Positions 16,438 through 26,966 of a DNA stretch of 37,144 nucleotides are shown here, piece by piece (the stretch's first letter is position 1; every line of letters begins with the position of its first letter). The position numbers and the translations under genes are program-made. The DNA is taken from positions 1 to 37,144 of the IMG/VR virus record IMGVR_UViG_3300016467_000217, one strand, 5' to 3'. The stretch is from a virus (taxonomy: Duplodnaviria > Caudoviricetes). The notes below the pieces were generated by a model that had not been told where the DNA came from, searched no databases, and saw only the letters and a list, made by a program, of their open reading frames with translations.

Positions 16438-17291
16438 TAGAGCAACTCCTTGATTTCATAACTGGTGGCAAACCGTGTTGCATACGGTTGCTCAATGGGG
16501 GAGAGCGTCCTGATTCGCCCAAGGAAAGACCGACGATGACGGTTCACAGCATCTGCTGGGTCATAGATGAACAAAACCTCTGCATCAGTCCCGCAGATTT
16601 TCTGAATATCATTGTTCAAAATAGCTTCTTCGTTGGTCAGATGATCCAAACGAAAACGAGCAACTCTGTAGGATTCACGCCGATCAAAGTATTCAGCACC
16701 TGACATGGAAACGTCAATCTGTGTGCCTGATTCGTACCCAATCGACGCTCCGAGATCCATGTTATAGAACGGCTGATAGACTGCGCCTAGAAAAACCCTT
16801 CCCAATTCAACATAGCCATCTGCGTTACCTACGTCAAAAAATTCGACTTGGTAATACTGCTCAGAAACCGATGCGGTTGGAATGTGAATCAGAGTCTTGG
16901 TAAACAGTTCTAGGTCTTCATCCGTTGCGGTGAGATCCCAGAATCGAAGGTCTTCCCATTCATATGTGCCATATGGCATCTGGGGCCAAACGTCTAGCGT
17001 CCCAGAGTCGTATTCAAGGCTGGTGTACGCGCTATCTGAATAAATTCTGAACCGATATTCTGCTGATGAAGACAAATTATGATTCACGAACCCTATAGCA
17101 CCAATGATCCGCGCGGTATCAAGCGCAAAACGAAAACGAGTGCTTGCGTTTGCATCATCAGTAGACCGAGCAACCTTAGAAAGTGACCTGTTTTTGAGAT
17201 TCATCAGAGGCAATGAAGCCTCCCATGATCCATAGGCAGCAAACGTCGATGCGTCAATGCGATTCTGATATGAGAGGATCATGTTTGACAT
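16437..17291 (-). CDS. Tail tip/minor tail protein
   Basis: Position; GYVELGRVFLG motif of phage minor tail proteins. Confidence 0.65.
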   Translation of the reverse strand: MSNMILSYQNRIDASTFAAYGSWEASLPLMNLKNRSLSKVARSTDDANASTRFRFALDTARIIGAIGFVNHNLSSSAEYRFRIYSDSAYTSLEYDSGTLDVWPQMPYGTYEWEDLRFWDLTATDEDLELFTKTLIHIPTASVSEQYYQVEFFDVGNADGYVELGRVFLGAVYQPFYNMDLGASIGYESGTQIDVSMSGAEYFDRRESYRVARFRLDHLTNEEAILNNDIQKICGTDAEVLFIYDPADAVNRHRRSFLGRIRTLSPIEQPYATRFATSYEIKELL

Positions 17292-17292
17292 A

Positions 17293-18822
17293 TCAACCCC
17301 AGAGCGTCAGCGTAGCGCGATTGATCGCGTAGTTGGATGAAATCCCGATAATTCTGAATAGCTTACCAGAGTCAAGGCCAAAACGATTCAACGTGACTTT
17401 GGCAATATCATTGAGGTCTGGCAAATGCTCGGTTACATCCAGAGCAATCCGCACCTGATACATATAACGATTGGTTTTGTAGAGCGTCAAAAGCCTTGAG
17501 GCTTCTGTGCTGGCATTGGCAGAGGTTGTCAGAAGCGTATCTCGGGTAATTTCAGCGGCATACAGGAATTGGCTTTTGACCGTTGCATCTTCTGTTGAAA
17601 CGGACAACCGCTCCTTTTCCAAGAAACTGCGCCTATCGGCTGTAACTGCCCCCGCTATATCCGAGTTTTGTACGCTGTAGTTCTTGAGGTAGCTCAGAAT
17701 GACCTTGTATGCAGGAAGCCCACGGTCGGTGTCATTCGGTCTGATTGTCTCAATGCTCACGATGTTGTCATCGCTAATTTCAATATCAGTGGCTCCTGAC
17801 GGCGCTTCAAACCGCCCCATCCTGAACTGCCCCGCTGCGTCAAATCCGTACCATGCGCCAACTGACTGTGCTATCTGGTCAATGACGGTCATTGCTGAAT
17901 CATCGCCTTGAACCCAGATTCCAACCACTGAGGAATTCGCGGTATCCAATGCTGTCACATCTGATGCGTTGATATCGCCTGATGACACGCCACCTTTGAT
18001 GGCGATAGCTTTTATGAGTTGAGCAGCGGTTCTATCAGCGCTTGTGGAGCCTTGTACGGCGTCACAAGTGATTTGGCCTGATGCAGATACGCCAAGACGG
18101 AAATACGAGCCTGTAGAGGTCTTCAAGACGCGATAATAGCCAGATGACGGAGCATTTGTGGTCATATCGGTCATGTTGGTGTAATCAGAGCCTTTGGTAA
18201 GCCCTAATCCACGGTCATAGACCGCTGATACGTCATTGATGAGTAAATCTGAAACCTGATAAATCAACTTCGAAGTGTTGACTATCGGGGGCGATATGTT
18301 GAAAACCTGACCGTATAGCAGAGGTTTTTTCTGGCCTTTAATGTCGGTCGTACCTTCTACGCCATTGGGTAGGCTGTTGTTTCCTGCAAATTCAGTTTTC
18401 TGCAAAGGCAGTTCAAGCATAGCCAGTTTGTCACGCGCCAGGATGGTCACGGTCTGAAAGCTGAATTCGACCTGTTCCATCGTCCCGGCAAGGATGGTGG
18501 TGAAGGACGAATACGCATCGCCATGATTGCCAACTTTGATGGTCAATGATCTGCCATCGAAACCGTAAGCGTTCATGTAATCAAGGCCACCATCGACATT
18601 CGCCAATTCGACTACACCATAGCCAACCCTTGATGCGCCTGAAGTGGTCCCATTGGCAAATAAATTGCGCGTAATGTCAGCAGGAGTCTTGACCCTTGGC
18701 TCATAGTAAGTATTGGCCGGTGATTCGGAAGGACCTGTGTTGTAAGCCTCAGATGAAAAGCGCAAGACTGTTGTCGTTCCTGCGCTGTCTATGGCGGCTG
18801 TGACTTCGACAAGGTAAATCAT
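17293..18822 (-). CDS. Tail tip/hub protein
   Basis: Follows tape measure; KPLLYGQVFNISP, VYDRG. Confidence 0.7.
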   Translation of the reverse strand: MIYLVEVTAAIDSAGTTTVLRFSSEAYNTGPSESPANTYYEPRVKTPADITRNLFANGTTSGASRVGYGVVELANVDGGLDYMNAYGFDGRSLTIKVGNHGDAYSSFTTILAGTMEQVEFSFQTVTILARDKLAMLELPLQKTEFAGNNSLPNGVEGTTDIKGQKKPLLYGQVFNISPPIVNTSKLIYQVSDLLINDVSAVYDRGLGLTKGSDYTNMTDMTTNAPSSGYYRVLKTSTGSYFRLGVSASGQITCDAVQGSTSADRTAAQLIKAIAIKGGVSSGDINASDVTALDTANSSVVGIWVQGDDSAMTVIDQIAQSVGAWYGFDAAGQFRMGRFEAPSGATDIEISDDNIVSIETIRPNDTDRGLPAYKVILSYLKNYSVQNSDIAGAVTADRRSFLEKERLSVSTEDATVKSQFLYAAEITRDTLLTTSANASTEASRLLTLYKTNRYMYQVRIALDVTEHLPDLNDIAKVTLNRFGLDSGKLFRIIGISSNYAINRATLTLWG

Positions 18823-21800
18823 GCCGCTGCCTCAAGTTTGGCTTTCCGCGCCAATTCAGCCATCTCGCCTTTAAGTTCCTTCATCTCTTTAATCAATTGC
18901 TGATTAGCTGCGCTCTGAAGTCTGACAAGTGCTTGCAGTTCTGTGGTTTGTTCAGCATCTCCTTTTTCAATCGCTGATTGAATCCCGCTGAAAAATCCGC
19001 GAGTCTGGTTTGCTGTTGAAACATGAGCCGTTGATCCAAAACTGACCAGTTCTGGGCCTTGCTCACCGACAAGTGCAAGTCCGGGTGACGCCATGCCGCC
19101 TTTTGCAAAGCCGGGGATAAAGCCTGTGCGAATGAGTTCTTGATATTCAGGAGAATTCTTAAATTCCTGTGCGATTTGATACGGAGAAGCCAATCCTGTT
19201 TCAAGTCTCCACGCCCCCGTGTTTACAACTTCACCTGATTCGGGTTCACGTCCAAGCAACTGACGGTACATTTCAGTGACAAACGCCTGCCCTTCCTCCA
19301 TAGAATACAAATGAGGCATCGCCTCTTTTCCGAGGTTCTCAATAGTGAACCCGGATGCTCTCCAAGGATTATCAACAACTCGTCCTGAAGTATTTGTATT
19401 AGCTGGTGGAGCCGGTGTCGGCGCTGGTATAGGGGCGGGAGCAGGAGCAGGAGTAACAGGCTCCAGGTTATTGATGTCTGAATTGCCTTTTGCAACTACC
19501 TGTTTGATGGCTTCAAGAATGCCATTGGCAACGGCAGTTGCACTTGAATACTCAGCTTGTGCATTTGTGTAATTTGCAATGGCTGCATTCATGTTGTTGA
19601 TGGCGTCCTCTACGCTCATCGTATTTCCATCAAGATCTCCCAGCTTGTCGTAGCTCATCCGAGCAACCGCCAACTGTCTGTTCATGATCTCGATCTGCGT
19701 ATCAACCGCAGTCATGCTGTTCTTCAGAACGCCGAGAACTTCATTAAAATCGGTCTGGTATTGAGCGCCTGATGCGTTGTATTGTTTAGACGCTTCAAGG
19801 AATGCTTTCGATACATCAGGAAGATCCGCCAAGGCTTGCTGAGAGCCTTGAACTGCCATTGACGCCGTTTCCCTAAACGTTTTTGCCGCCGCTTGATATT
19901 GAGCCAAAGGAGATGAATTTGGCCCTGCTGCTCCAGTCAGTTCGTCGTAGAACTTTCTAAGGTTTTGACCCAGAGAAACATATTTGTCTCTAAGCCCAAG
20001 TAAAGACTTGTAAGCAGTTTCGAGGCCTTTCTGGGATTCAGCCAATGCCGTTTTAGCGTCCTGCAATTTATACAGGGCTTGCGCGTAGCTTCTGGTAGCA
20101 TCATCCATGCCTTCCATCGCTTTTTCACGCTCAAGACTCAATGCTTTTTCTTCGTCACCCAGCAAGCGAGTAATCTGGATCTGATAACTCATTGCTGAGT
20201 CGATCTTCTTCCTGATTTCTTCCATGGCCTTAGTGACAGCATCAGCAGCTTTCTGCGCCTCATCTGCCTGAGTCTGTGCTAATTCCTCAGTAGCATCCTG
20301 CAAATCAGAGAACTGCTGATTGAGGTTGAGGAATTGAGCAAATAGCTTTTTGCCTTCTTCAGTAGAAGTATTGATCGCCATCGCCATCTGATAGAACTCA
20401 GCGCGATTCCTTGGCATAGCTTGACCAAGTTTTCCGAATGCTTTTTCGAGGTCCGCTGTTTCTGCCGCTATCTTTTGCTCATCGGACATGAAATTGTCGC
20501 GGAATGACTGTAAGGCTTCTTCAAATGCTGACAAACCACCAGCCGCATTGATCATGGTGCGATCGATGTTTTCTGTTCCAAATCCTGCACCTCGCATTAA
20601 TTTGGTGATGTTGAGGATCTGCTTATATGATTCAATTATGTCGGAAGCGCCTCCTTGCAATTGCTTGACATATTTGCGCGTACCTTCTGACAAATCACCC
20701 TGAGCCATGATGGTTTGGCGAGTAATTTCAGCAGCAACATCCCCTTGTTTGTCTGTGATTTGCGTGTAATCGATCGCAGTCATCCCAAGCAATTCAAGAC
20801 TGCCTTTGGCGCGATTGATGCCTTCTGCTACGCGAACAATGGTTTCTTTATACCCTTCACCCGCTTTGCGAAATTCCATGAACTCAGGCAAGGCTTTCGT
20901 TGCCATCGTATCGGAAATGGCTGAAAAGGCAGCTTCTAGTTTCTTTGCTGCTTCCTCGGCGCTGAGTCCGGCCACGTCTATAACTTGGCCTTTAATCTTC
21001 ATTCCTTTGAGGCGTTGTGTGATTTGTTCATCAGTAACGCCTATGACTTTTCCTGCTTCGGCTATAGATACGCGAATTGCCTTAAATACCTCGCCAAAGG
21101 CTTCTTCAAATGCTTTTCCAGCCTTTGTTACTAATGTTTGACCTTTTTTAATTTCAACGCCGGGGAGCATGGACGCGCCAGATGATGTTTCAACTCGTGC
21201 GCCGATATAGGCTTCGTACCTACCAGAAGCCAAAATCTTGTCTAGCTTTTGATCCCTGAATATGAACCCCGCTTGCTTTACTGCATCTGATCCGTATTTG
21301 GAGGTTAAATTTGCAATCGCAGGGGATATTTTTGCCGCGACCAGTTCACCCACGCCGCCAAGTGCATCCCGAATCTGGTACAGCGCATCAAGCATATCGG
21401 CTGAATAATTTAAGTCGTTGCTTGAATTTTCCTCAATGATCTTGATTGAATTACCGATGCTTTCGGAAACGGCTGTCGGATCTCCGAATACGGTCCCTGC
21501 TCCAGTTTCAGGAGGTGGAGGAGCAGACGCACCGCCACCACCGCCACCGCCACCGCCAACCATGATTCCTAACCCCGCCATTAATGCTACCCAAGCGGCT
21601 ACACGGGCGAATGCTGTGTATGGATCTCCGCTTGTACCTTGCTGTGCAGCACCTTCCGCAGCTTTTGCAACTGCCTTTGCATTTGACTGTGCAATTTCCT
21701 TGGTAGTTTCTGCCGCAGAAAGAACCCCCATTTGCGTCAGCATCGTGGTGAATGAGGTGAATAACCCATCCATTTCACCTAGTTGCTTAACAAATGACAT

Positions 21801-23759
21801 GGCAGACTGTGCCATTTCAAAGGCTCTGAATACTTTGACTGCTGCGCCCATAGCCTCATAGCCCTTCGATCCTTTCTTGAAGAATCCTTGGGCTGCTTGG
21901 GTCATATCACCATAGGCTTTGATCTGGGCTTTGGCTTGCTTCTTTGTTGCATCGTCATTGATTTCGGTGATGCGCTTCTGATCGCCTTCAGCCTTATCGA
22001 CGGCTTCCTTGCGGGCAATTTCAATGGTTGCAGATTGCTTATCGTACTCAGCCATAGCGACTGACATACCGCCAATGGCCGCGCCGACTTCACCAAAGGC
22101 TTCGGCAAGCCCTCTAGCAACTTCCCTGCTGTATTCCAAATTTGATGACAAGACTTCTAAGGTTCGCAATGCTTCTTCGCGTACCTTGGCCTCTCCATCA
22201 GCAGCTTCAGCTTTTAGCTTGTTGACTTCGCTGTAGGCATTCTGCAATTCGCGCATAGCTTCAAGCTCAACCTGTGCGCGTTCTTCTGGGAAAATCTCCT
22301 GCTGAGTTTGCAAAGATTGAAGTTCGGCTTGCAGACGAATCCTTTCAGCTTGCGACAGGTTATAACGATCAGCCATTGCGATTTCTTGCTCAACTCCTGC
22401 AATTCTGGATTGCAAAAGCTGCTCATCTTGCGTGATCTGTTCCTGACGGAGTTCAGTCTCACGAATAATGATTGATTCGTACTTTTTCGCTAATTCATCT
22501 TGAATCTTGATCTTTGCCTGATCGCCTTTGGCAGATTGCATCTGAATATCTGCTGATGCTTTGGCTTGCTCTAATTCGATTTGCAGTCTTTTTTCTGCTG
22601 TCCTTGTCTGTGCATCCTGAACCTTATTTCGGTCCTGTACGGCTCTTAGATTGGCTTCAATCGTCGCTGTATAAACAGCTTCAGCCTCATGCAATGCTTT
22701 TGTTTCTGCTGCTTGTTGTTTTTTGCTTTTAGTGACCGCCTGATCTGAACCAAGTAGCTTTTTTCTGGCTTCTTCAGCCTTGGCTACGCGCTCATCTTCT
22801 GCCTTATTTTGTTCAACGGTAATTTTGTCTTGCTCTGCCTGTGCTTTCTTTGCAATCTCAAGCTGACGTTCTACCTCTGCAATCGGTACGTCATATCCTG
22901 GAGTCTTTCGAAGGCTTGCAAGCTGTGCCTCTAGCTTCTGGACTGGGTTCATGTTGATTGATGCAGTCATACGGTTGATCTGGGCCGTAATCCCGTCAAC
23001 GATGTCCTTGATAATGCCTTCGCTTTTATCGTTGAGCAGGGCATCTTCAAACTGATGCCAAGCATCTGACAGATTGCTGATCTTGCCGTTGAGCGTATCC
23101 ATTGCAGCAGCATTTGCACCTGATGCCGCCTGATTCATTGTTGCAATCAGCTTTTCAATGGTTTGGCGGGTCAGTTCACCCTTGCTTGCCATTTCCTGTA
23201 GCTGTGCCGCATTTTTCCCAGTGACTTGCGACAGAAGGTCATAGACAGGAACGCCACGCTCCGCAAGCTGTAGCATTTCTTCAGCCTGTAGTTTGCCTTT
23301 GGCATAAGCCTGTCCCAATGCACGAACAATACCGTCTAGCGTTTCCTGTGATGCGCCTAGCTTTGATGCTTGATTGGTTACGGCTTCCATTACCTGTTTG
23401 GTGGGTTTGATGCCGTAGTTCTGAAGCATGATGAATGCTTTCGTCAGGCCATCAATCTCGTATGGAGTTGACGTAGCAAAGTTTTGTATGAAAGAGAAAG
23501 CTCTTTGAGCGCCGACTGCTGATCCAGTAACAGCGACAAGCTGTGCGCGTAGGGCTTCCATAGCGCGGTTGGTGTCGAGAATGCCCTTGGCAACATTCCC
23601 GATCTTATCCAAGGCAACCAGACCGACTGCGGCTCTGGTGAGGTTGGTTAATGCCCGTTCTGCTCCGTTGGTAGCCTTCTCCATATCGGAAAGGTTACGA
23701 GTCGCTTTCTGGGCATCAGTGGAGTCTACTTTGATGTGTATGCTGTGGGTTTCAGTCAC
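18819..23759 (-). CDS. Tape measure protein, 1646 aa
   Basis: N-terminal tape-measure domain (FA..TPY, ALGQ...KGKLQAEE..QL.ERGVP), long A/E/K/Q helices, C-terminal FAKGG...LVGEQGPELV. Confidence 0.95.
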   Translation of the reverse strand: MTETHSIHIKVDSTDAQKATRNLSDMEKATNGAERALTNLTRAAVGLVALDKIGNVAKGILDTNRAMEALRAQLVAVTGSAVGAQRAFSFIQNFATSTPYEIDGLTKAFIMLQNYGIKPTKQVMEAVTNQASKLGASQETLDGIVRALGQAYAKGKLQAEEMLQLAERGVPVYDLLSQVTGKNAAQLQEMASKGELTRQTIEKLIATMNQAASGANAAAMDTLNGKISNLSDAWHQFEDALLNDKSEGIIKDIVDGITAQINRMTASINMNPVQKLEAQLASLRKTPGYDVPIAEVERQLEIAKKAQAEQDKITVEQNKAEDERVAKAEEARKKLLGSDQAVTKSKKQQAAETKALHEAEAVYTATIEANLRAVQDRNKVQDAQTRTAEKRLQIELEQAKASADIQMQSAKGDQAKIKIQDELAKKYESIIIRETELRQEQITQDEQLLQSRIAGVEQEIAMADRYNLSQAERIRLQAELQSLQTQQEIFPEERAQVELEAMRELQNAYSEVNKLKAEAADGEAKVREEALRTLEVLSSNLEYSREVARGLAEAFGEVGAAIGGMSVAMAEYDKQSATIEIARKEAVDKAEGDQKRITEINDDATKKQAKAQIKAYGDMTQAAQGFFKKGSKGYEAMGAAVKVFRAFEMAQSAMSFVKQLGEMDGLFTSFTTMLTQMGVLSAAETTKEIAQSNAKAVAKAAEGAAQQGTSGDPYTAFARVAAWVALMAGLGIMVGGGGGGGGGASAPPPPETGAGTVFGDPTAVSESIGNSIKIIEENSSNDLNYSADMLDALYQIRDALGGVGELVAAKISPAIANLTSKYGSDAVKQAGFIFRDQKLDKILASGRYEAYIGARVETSSGASMLPGVEIKKGQTLVTKAGKAFEEAFGEVFKAIRVSIAEAGKVIGVTDEQITQRLKGMKIKGQVIDVAGLSAEEAAKKLEAAFSAISDTMATKALPEFMEFRKAGEGYKETIVRVAEGINRAKGSLELLGMTAIDYTQITDKQGDVAAEITRQTIMAQGDLSEGTRKYVKQLQGGASDIIESYKQILNITKLMRGAGFGTENIDRTMINAAGGLSAFEEALQSFRDNFMSDEQKIAAETADLEKAFGKLGQAMPRNRAEFYQMAMAINTSTEEGKKLFAQFLNLNQQFSDLQDATEELAQTQADEAQKAADAVTKAMEEIRKKIDSAMSYQIQITRLLGDEEKALSLEREKAMEGMDDATRSYAQALYKLQDAKTALAESQKGLETAYKSLLGLRDKYVSLGQNLRKFYDELTGAAGPNSSPLAQYQAAAKTFRETASMAVQGSQQALADLPDVSKAFLEASKQYNASGAQYQTDFNEVLGVLKNSMTAVDTQIEIMNRQLAVARMSYDKLGDLDGNTMSVEDAINNMNAAIANYTNAQAEYSSATAVANGILEAIKQVVAKGNSDINNLEPVTPAPAPAPIPAPTPAPPANTNTSGRVVDNPWRASGFTIENLGKEAMPHLYSMEEGQAFVTEMYRQLLGREPESGEVVNTGAWRLETGLASPYQIAQEFKNSPEYQELIRTGFIPGFAKGGMASPGLALVGEQGPELVSFGSTAHVSTANQTRGFFSGIQSAIEKGDAEQTTELQALVRLQSAANQQLIKEMKELKGEMAELARKAKLEAAA

Positions 23760-24142
23760 TTTTTTCGACTCCGTTTTTTAATTTCATCCGCTTGGACAGA
23801 CATATAGGCTGCATCAAGAGCCATGATTGCCTGTACCTCTAGCGGTTCTGGATCAACTCCTGTCAGTTGAGACCATGACACTATTTCGGTGTAGCTTATC
23901 GGGTTTTGGCCGAATCCGTTACTGGCACGAGTCCTATTGAGTTCAATGAACCAATGCCAGCAATGGATAACGGCCTCTGGTGGTTTGAGTGATTGATATT
24001 CCTCTGGCATCTGGCCTGTGGCTTTGAGTATGCTTTGTGCATGATCTCTTAGCCTACTGCCATCCTCCTGCGGTGCATCTAACTCAAATTCACGTTTCCC
24101 GAATTCTACCAAGTCCCGTATCAGGTCTTGGTAAAGTTTCCC
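23756..24142 (-). CDS. Tail assembly chaperone C-terminal (gpT-like) frame, reached by -1 frameshift
   Basis: Open from GGGAAAC: LYQDLIRDLVEFGK...W.WF.EL...R..NGFG..PISY.EI..W. Confidence 0.8.
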   Translation of the reverse strand, partial: GKLYQDLIRDLVEFGKREFELDAPQEDGSRLRDHAQSILKATGQMPEEYQSLKPPEAVIHCWHWFIELNRTRASNGFGQNPISYTEIVSWSQLTGVDPEPLEVQAIMALDAAYMSVQADEIKKRSRKK

Positions 24143-24525
24143 AAGTTGTTCGACGCCTCAAAAATCTGGTCCCTGATCTCTGAATTGTTGGCACAAAGAA
24201 TCAATGCCGCTTCTGGTGTGTAAGGCTCTGAGATTCCTTTCCATCCGCAAACACGGATAGCAGCAGCCTCAATACCGAACTGCTCGTCATCTTCTACAAG
24301 GCGCTCTACTTCCTTGCCTCGCTTTGCAGCAATGGCTTCCTGCGCCCTGCGTCGATTTAGCGTCTTTCTGATCCATTCCTGCACCTTCGGAGCCTGTGAA
24401 CCCAAGACGCTGATAAATACGCCTGTTGGCCTTCCATCCGAACGCAGATATTCGAATTCGTATGAGTTTTCACTCGCAGCGACCAAATTAAGATCATCCA
24501 GCGAGAGTCCTGTGGTTTTGCTCAT
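24121..24525 (-). CDS. Tail assembly chaperone (gpG-like)
   Basis: Between tail tube and tape measure; AGGA RBS before ATG 24525; ends LGNF. Confidence 0.85.
   Translation of the reverse strand: MSKTTGLSLDDLNLVAASENSYEFEYLRSDGRPTGVFISVLGSQAPKVQEWIRKTLNRRRAQEAIAAKRGKEVERLVEDDEQFGIEAAAIRVCGWKGISEPYTPEAALILCANNSEIRDQIFEASNNLGNFTKT
24136..24142 (-). other. Programmed -1 frameshift slippery site G GGA AAC
   Basis: XXXYYYZ heptamer in the correct phase; the -1 frame joins the downstream ORF. Confidence 0.85.
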
Positions 24526-24549
24526 GAATATGTCCTGTTGCTGATACAT

Positions 24550-24575
24550 AAAAAAGGGGGAGGGTCACTCCCCCG
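24550..24575 (-). terminator. Rho-independent terminator after the tail tube gene
   Basis: GGGGGAG-TGACC-CTCCCC followed by a T tract. Confidence 0.7.
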
Positions 24576-24591
24576 ATGGTGACCGCGACAA

Positions 24592-25806
24592 TTAAGCCGC
24601 TGAATCCTGAACCATGATGGTCGTAGCATGGTTCGCCAATGCCGCACCGCCAGAGGTGTTCTTGAGAGCGACAAAGGGGAAGGTACGGGTCAAACCGTTC
24701 TGTCCGTCCGTTACGTCTGCACCGCCAACCTTTACACGGCTCATCTGGAAGCTAATGAAATCAGCCGTACCCGCAGAAGAGGTGGTCAGAACAACATTCA
24801 CGGCGACTTCAGTTTCATTGATGAAATAATCGCGGAAAGTGGCATCGGTGAAATAGACGCTCATATTGCCAGTGACGTTGACGGTTCCTTGGAATACATC
24901 AGGACGGGCATTTGAGCCGACCACTGCATCAGCAGCAACGGTGTTGCCGTTAATGTCGAAGTCGATGGAGGTGATGACCGCAACCGCCTGACCCGCAACG
25001 TACATCAGACCATTTGCGCCAGCGACTGCACCAGTGGTGCTGATAGCTGAAGGCGTAGTCAGGATCTGAGATGCACCAGTGCTGATATTGAGACCGACAA
25101 CTGGGAAGTTGATCGTAGACAGACCAGTTGCTGCGATGGATACCGCTGCATTGGTGATATTTACATCAGTGAAAACTTCAGACTGGCTAATGTCGCTGAA
25201 CCAATGCTCAATGGTGTAATAGTCATGGGTCTGTGAAGACTCAGGAACGTATGAAACCTTACCAGGAACGGATACGGTAACAGAGGTCACTGAGGTGGAT
25301 TCGTTGACCAAAGCCACGCCATTGATCGGAGCAACCGTCAAAGTGGTTGAAGTCACGCCAAGAACGAGAAGATTCTTAGAAACGTTGGCTGCGTTAAGCC
25401 CTGCGCCAGCAAGACGAACAACATTGCCGATCTTGATGCCACCAGTTAGCGGGTTTCCAGTCTGGAACGTAATCACTCCAGTTGATGCAACCAGAGTAAT
25501 TGCAGCGCCAGTAACGGAGGTGACTGCGGTGAAATCCTGACGAAGAACCGAACCAAGAAAATCCTTGTAGGTTCCCGGTGATACCTCACCAGAGACCGTA
25601 CCCGTGACCTGACGGGGGCCATGACGGTAATCAGCAATCTGCTGGTCAGAGCGGATTTCTGCCGACTGGTAGGCTTCCTTGGTCAGATTGATGGTGGAAG
25701 TGGTACGGCGAAGTTCCTGACCACCTGAACCAGAAGCGGCAGAGCCGAGTCCAGTCTGCTTTTTGTAGGCGAGAACCTTGCTCACGCCCTGTGCGATATT
25801 TGCCAT
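24592..25806 (-). CDS. Major tail tube protein
   Basis: Position; S.EIRSD.Q..D.RHG...V.G motif. Confidence 0.85.
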   Translation of the reverse strand: MANIAQGVSKVLAYKKQTGLGSAASGSGGQELRRTTSTINLTKEAYQSAEIRSDQQIADYRHGPRQVTGTVSGEVSPGTYKDFLGSVLRQDFTAVTSVTGAAITLVASTGVITFQTGNPLTGGIKIGNVVRLAGAGLNAANVSKNLLVLGVTSTTLTVAPINGVALVNESTSVTSVTVSVPGKVSYVPESSQTHDYYTIEHWFSDISQSEVFTDVNITNAAVSIAATGLSTINFPVVGLNISTGASQILTTPSAISTTGAVAGANGLMYVAGQAVAVITSIDFDINGNTVAADAVVGSNARPDVFQGTVNVTGNMSVYFTDATFRDYFINETEVAVNVVLTTSSAGTADFISFQMSRVKVGGADVTDGQNGLTRTFPFVALKNTSGGAALANHATTIMVQDSAA

Positions 25807-25819
25807 TTGTGTCTACCTC

Positions 25820-26230
25820 TTAAGAAGGAAAAATGTCTGCCGAAAAATAGATGGTCACCGGGAGTCGGTAACGATCTGCGTCAATGATTGCGGGTGCAAT
25901 CGTTGGGGTTCGATCAATCAGCACCTCAATGCCACCTGACGATAGACCCAAACCACGGAAGAACCAGTCACGAACCAGTTCTGCCCTTGTTGATGCCGCC
26001 TTCGGACCTGTCCCCGGTGGATAGCACAACAAAACCTGTAGGAATCCATTTACGCGATACATCTTGTCACCGAGCGTAGGATTTTCTGTCTCTGACAGAA
26101 GCATATTGACTTGCTGATACGGTGTACCAGTAACAGGCGTAAATGGTACGCCTTCCCAAGCCGTAGCCAATGATGGAGACATGGCATTCAGTCTGGTCTC
26201 AAGTGCTGCCCTGATGCTGACGATGCTCAT
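25820..26230 (-). CDS. Tail terminator protein (DUF4128-like)
   Basis: IRAALE.RL, AWE...F.P, G.LQV...P.G.G, F.RG. Confidence 0.8.
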   Translation of the reverse strand: MSIVSIRAALETRLNAMSPSLATAWEGVPFTPVTGTPYQQVNMLLSETENPTLGDKMYRVNGFLQVLLCYPPGTGPKAASTRAELVRDWFFRGLGLSSGGIEVLIDRTPTIAPAIIDADRYRLPVTIYFSADIFPS

Positions 26231-26607
26231 GCTTCCCTCAGAATGCTGGCAAACCGTTGAATGTTGATCCTGACCATGCCGCTTGGAGCCTGTTGACTTG
26301 ATCCATATTCAAGTTTGCGGATATACGGAAGATTGTTAGCAAGCCAGACAACATTTCCTGATTTTGGAACTGTCGATACAACATCGGAATAAGCCTTTGA
26401 TCCTTGCAGCGATTGCCTTGATGATCCATCAATTGCATCGGTTGATGATGTTGCAGGACTTCCAATCGTGCATTGCCAGTTACCTTTTGCGCGTCCTGTA
26501 TCCACAGGAGTCATCTTTATGACTGACCCAAACAATTCAATTGTGGCTTTCCTAATCTGAGTATCCACTCTGGCATTAGTGCGGCTTACGATTTCGCTCA
26601 TGCTCAT
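26227..26607 (-). CDS. HK97 gp10-like neck/tail completion protein
   Basis: TPVDTGRAKGNW, NNLPY..LEYG.S.QAP.GMVR. Confidence 0.85.
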   Translation of the reverse strand: MSMSEIVSRTNARVDTQIRKATIELFGSVIKMTPVDTGRAKGNWQCTIGSPATSSTDAIDGSSRQSLQGSKAYSDVVSTVPKSGNVVWLANNLPYIRKLEYGSSQQAPSGMVRINIQRFASILREA

Positions 26608-26966
26608 TTGCGGACCTGCGATTCGTAGATAGCCGCTTGCTCACCTGACCATATCGTTTTGACTGAAACGACCGTATAAACGTCTGATCCGACTGTGAAT
26701 CGGTCATTAGGCAATGGCTCTGAGTATCCTGATGCTGGAGTGGTAATTTTCCTGTCACCCTTTTCAACCAGACCCGACAAGTAATCATTGCCATTAAAGT
26801 CCTCAATGATGGCTTTCGGAATCTCAGTCGTGGTACTGGATGCGGAAACATCCCCCGTAGTGGGGTCATAAGTACCCTCCGTGACGCGAGTCAAGGTAAC
26901 GCTCTTGCCGAACTTGTTGATCAGCTTGAGTGCGGTTGCTCTGGCTTTTGCGTCAAGTGCAGCCAT
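26604..26966 (-). CDS. Head closure/head-tail joining protein
   Basis: A..LI.KFG..VTL...G.YDP.TG...GDRK...QVR. Confidence 0.75.
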   Translation of the reverse strand: MAALDAKARATALKLINKFGKSVTLTRVTEGTYDPTTGDVSASSTTTEIPKAIIEDFNGNDYLSGLVEKGDRKITTPASGYSEPLPNDRFTVGSDVYTVVSVKTIWSGEQAAIYESQVRK

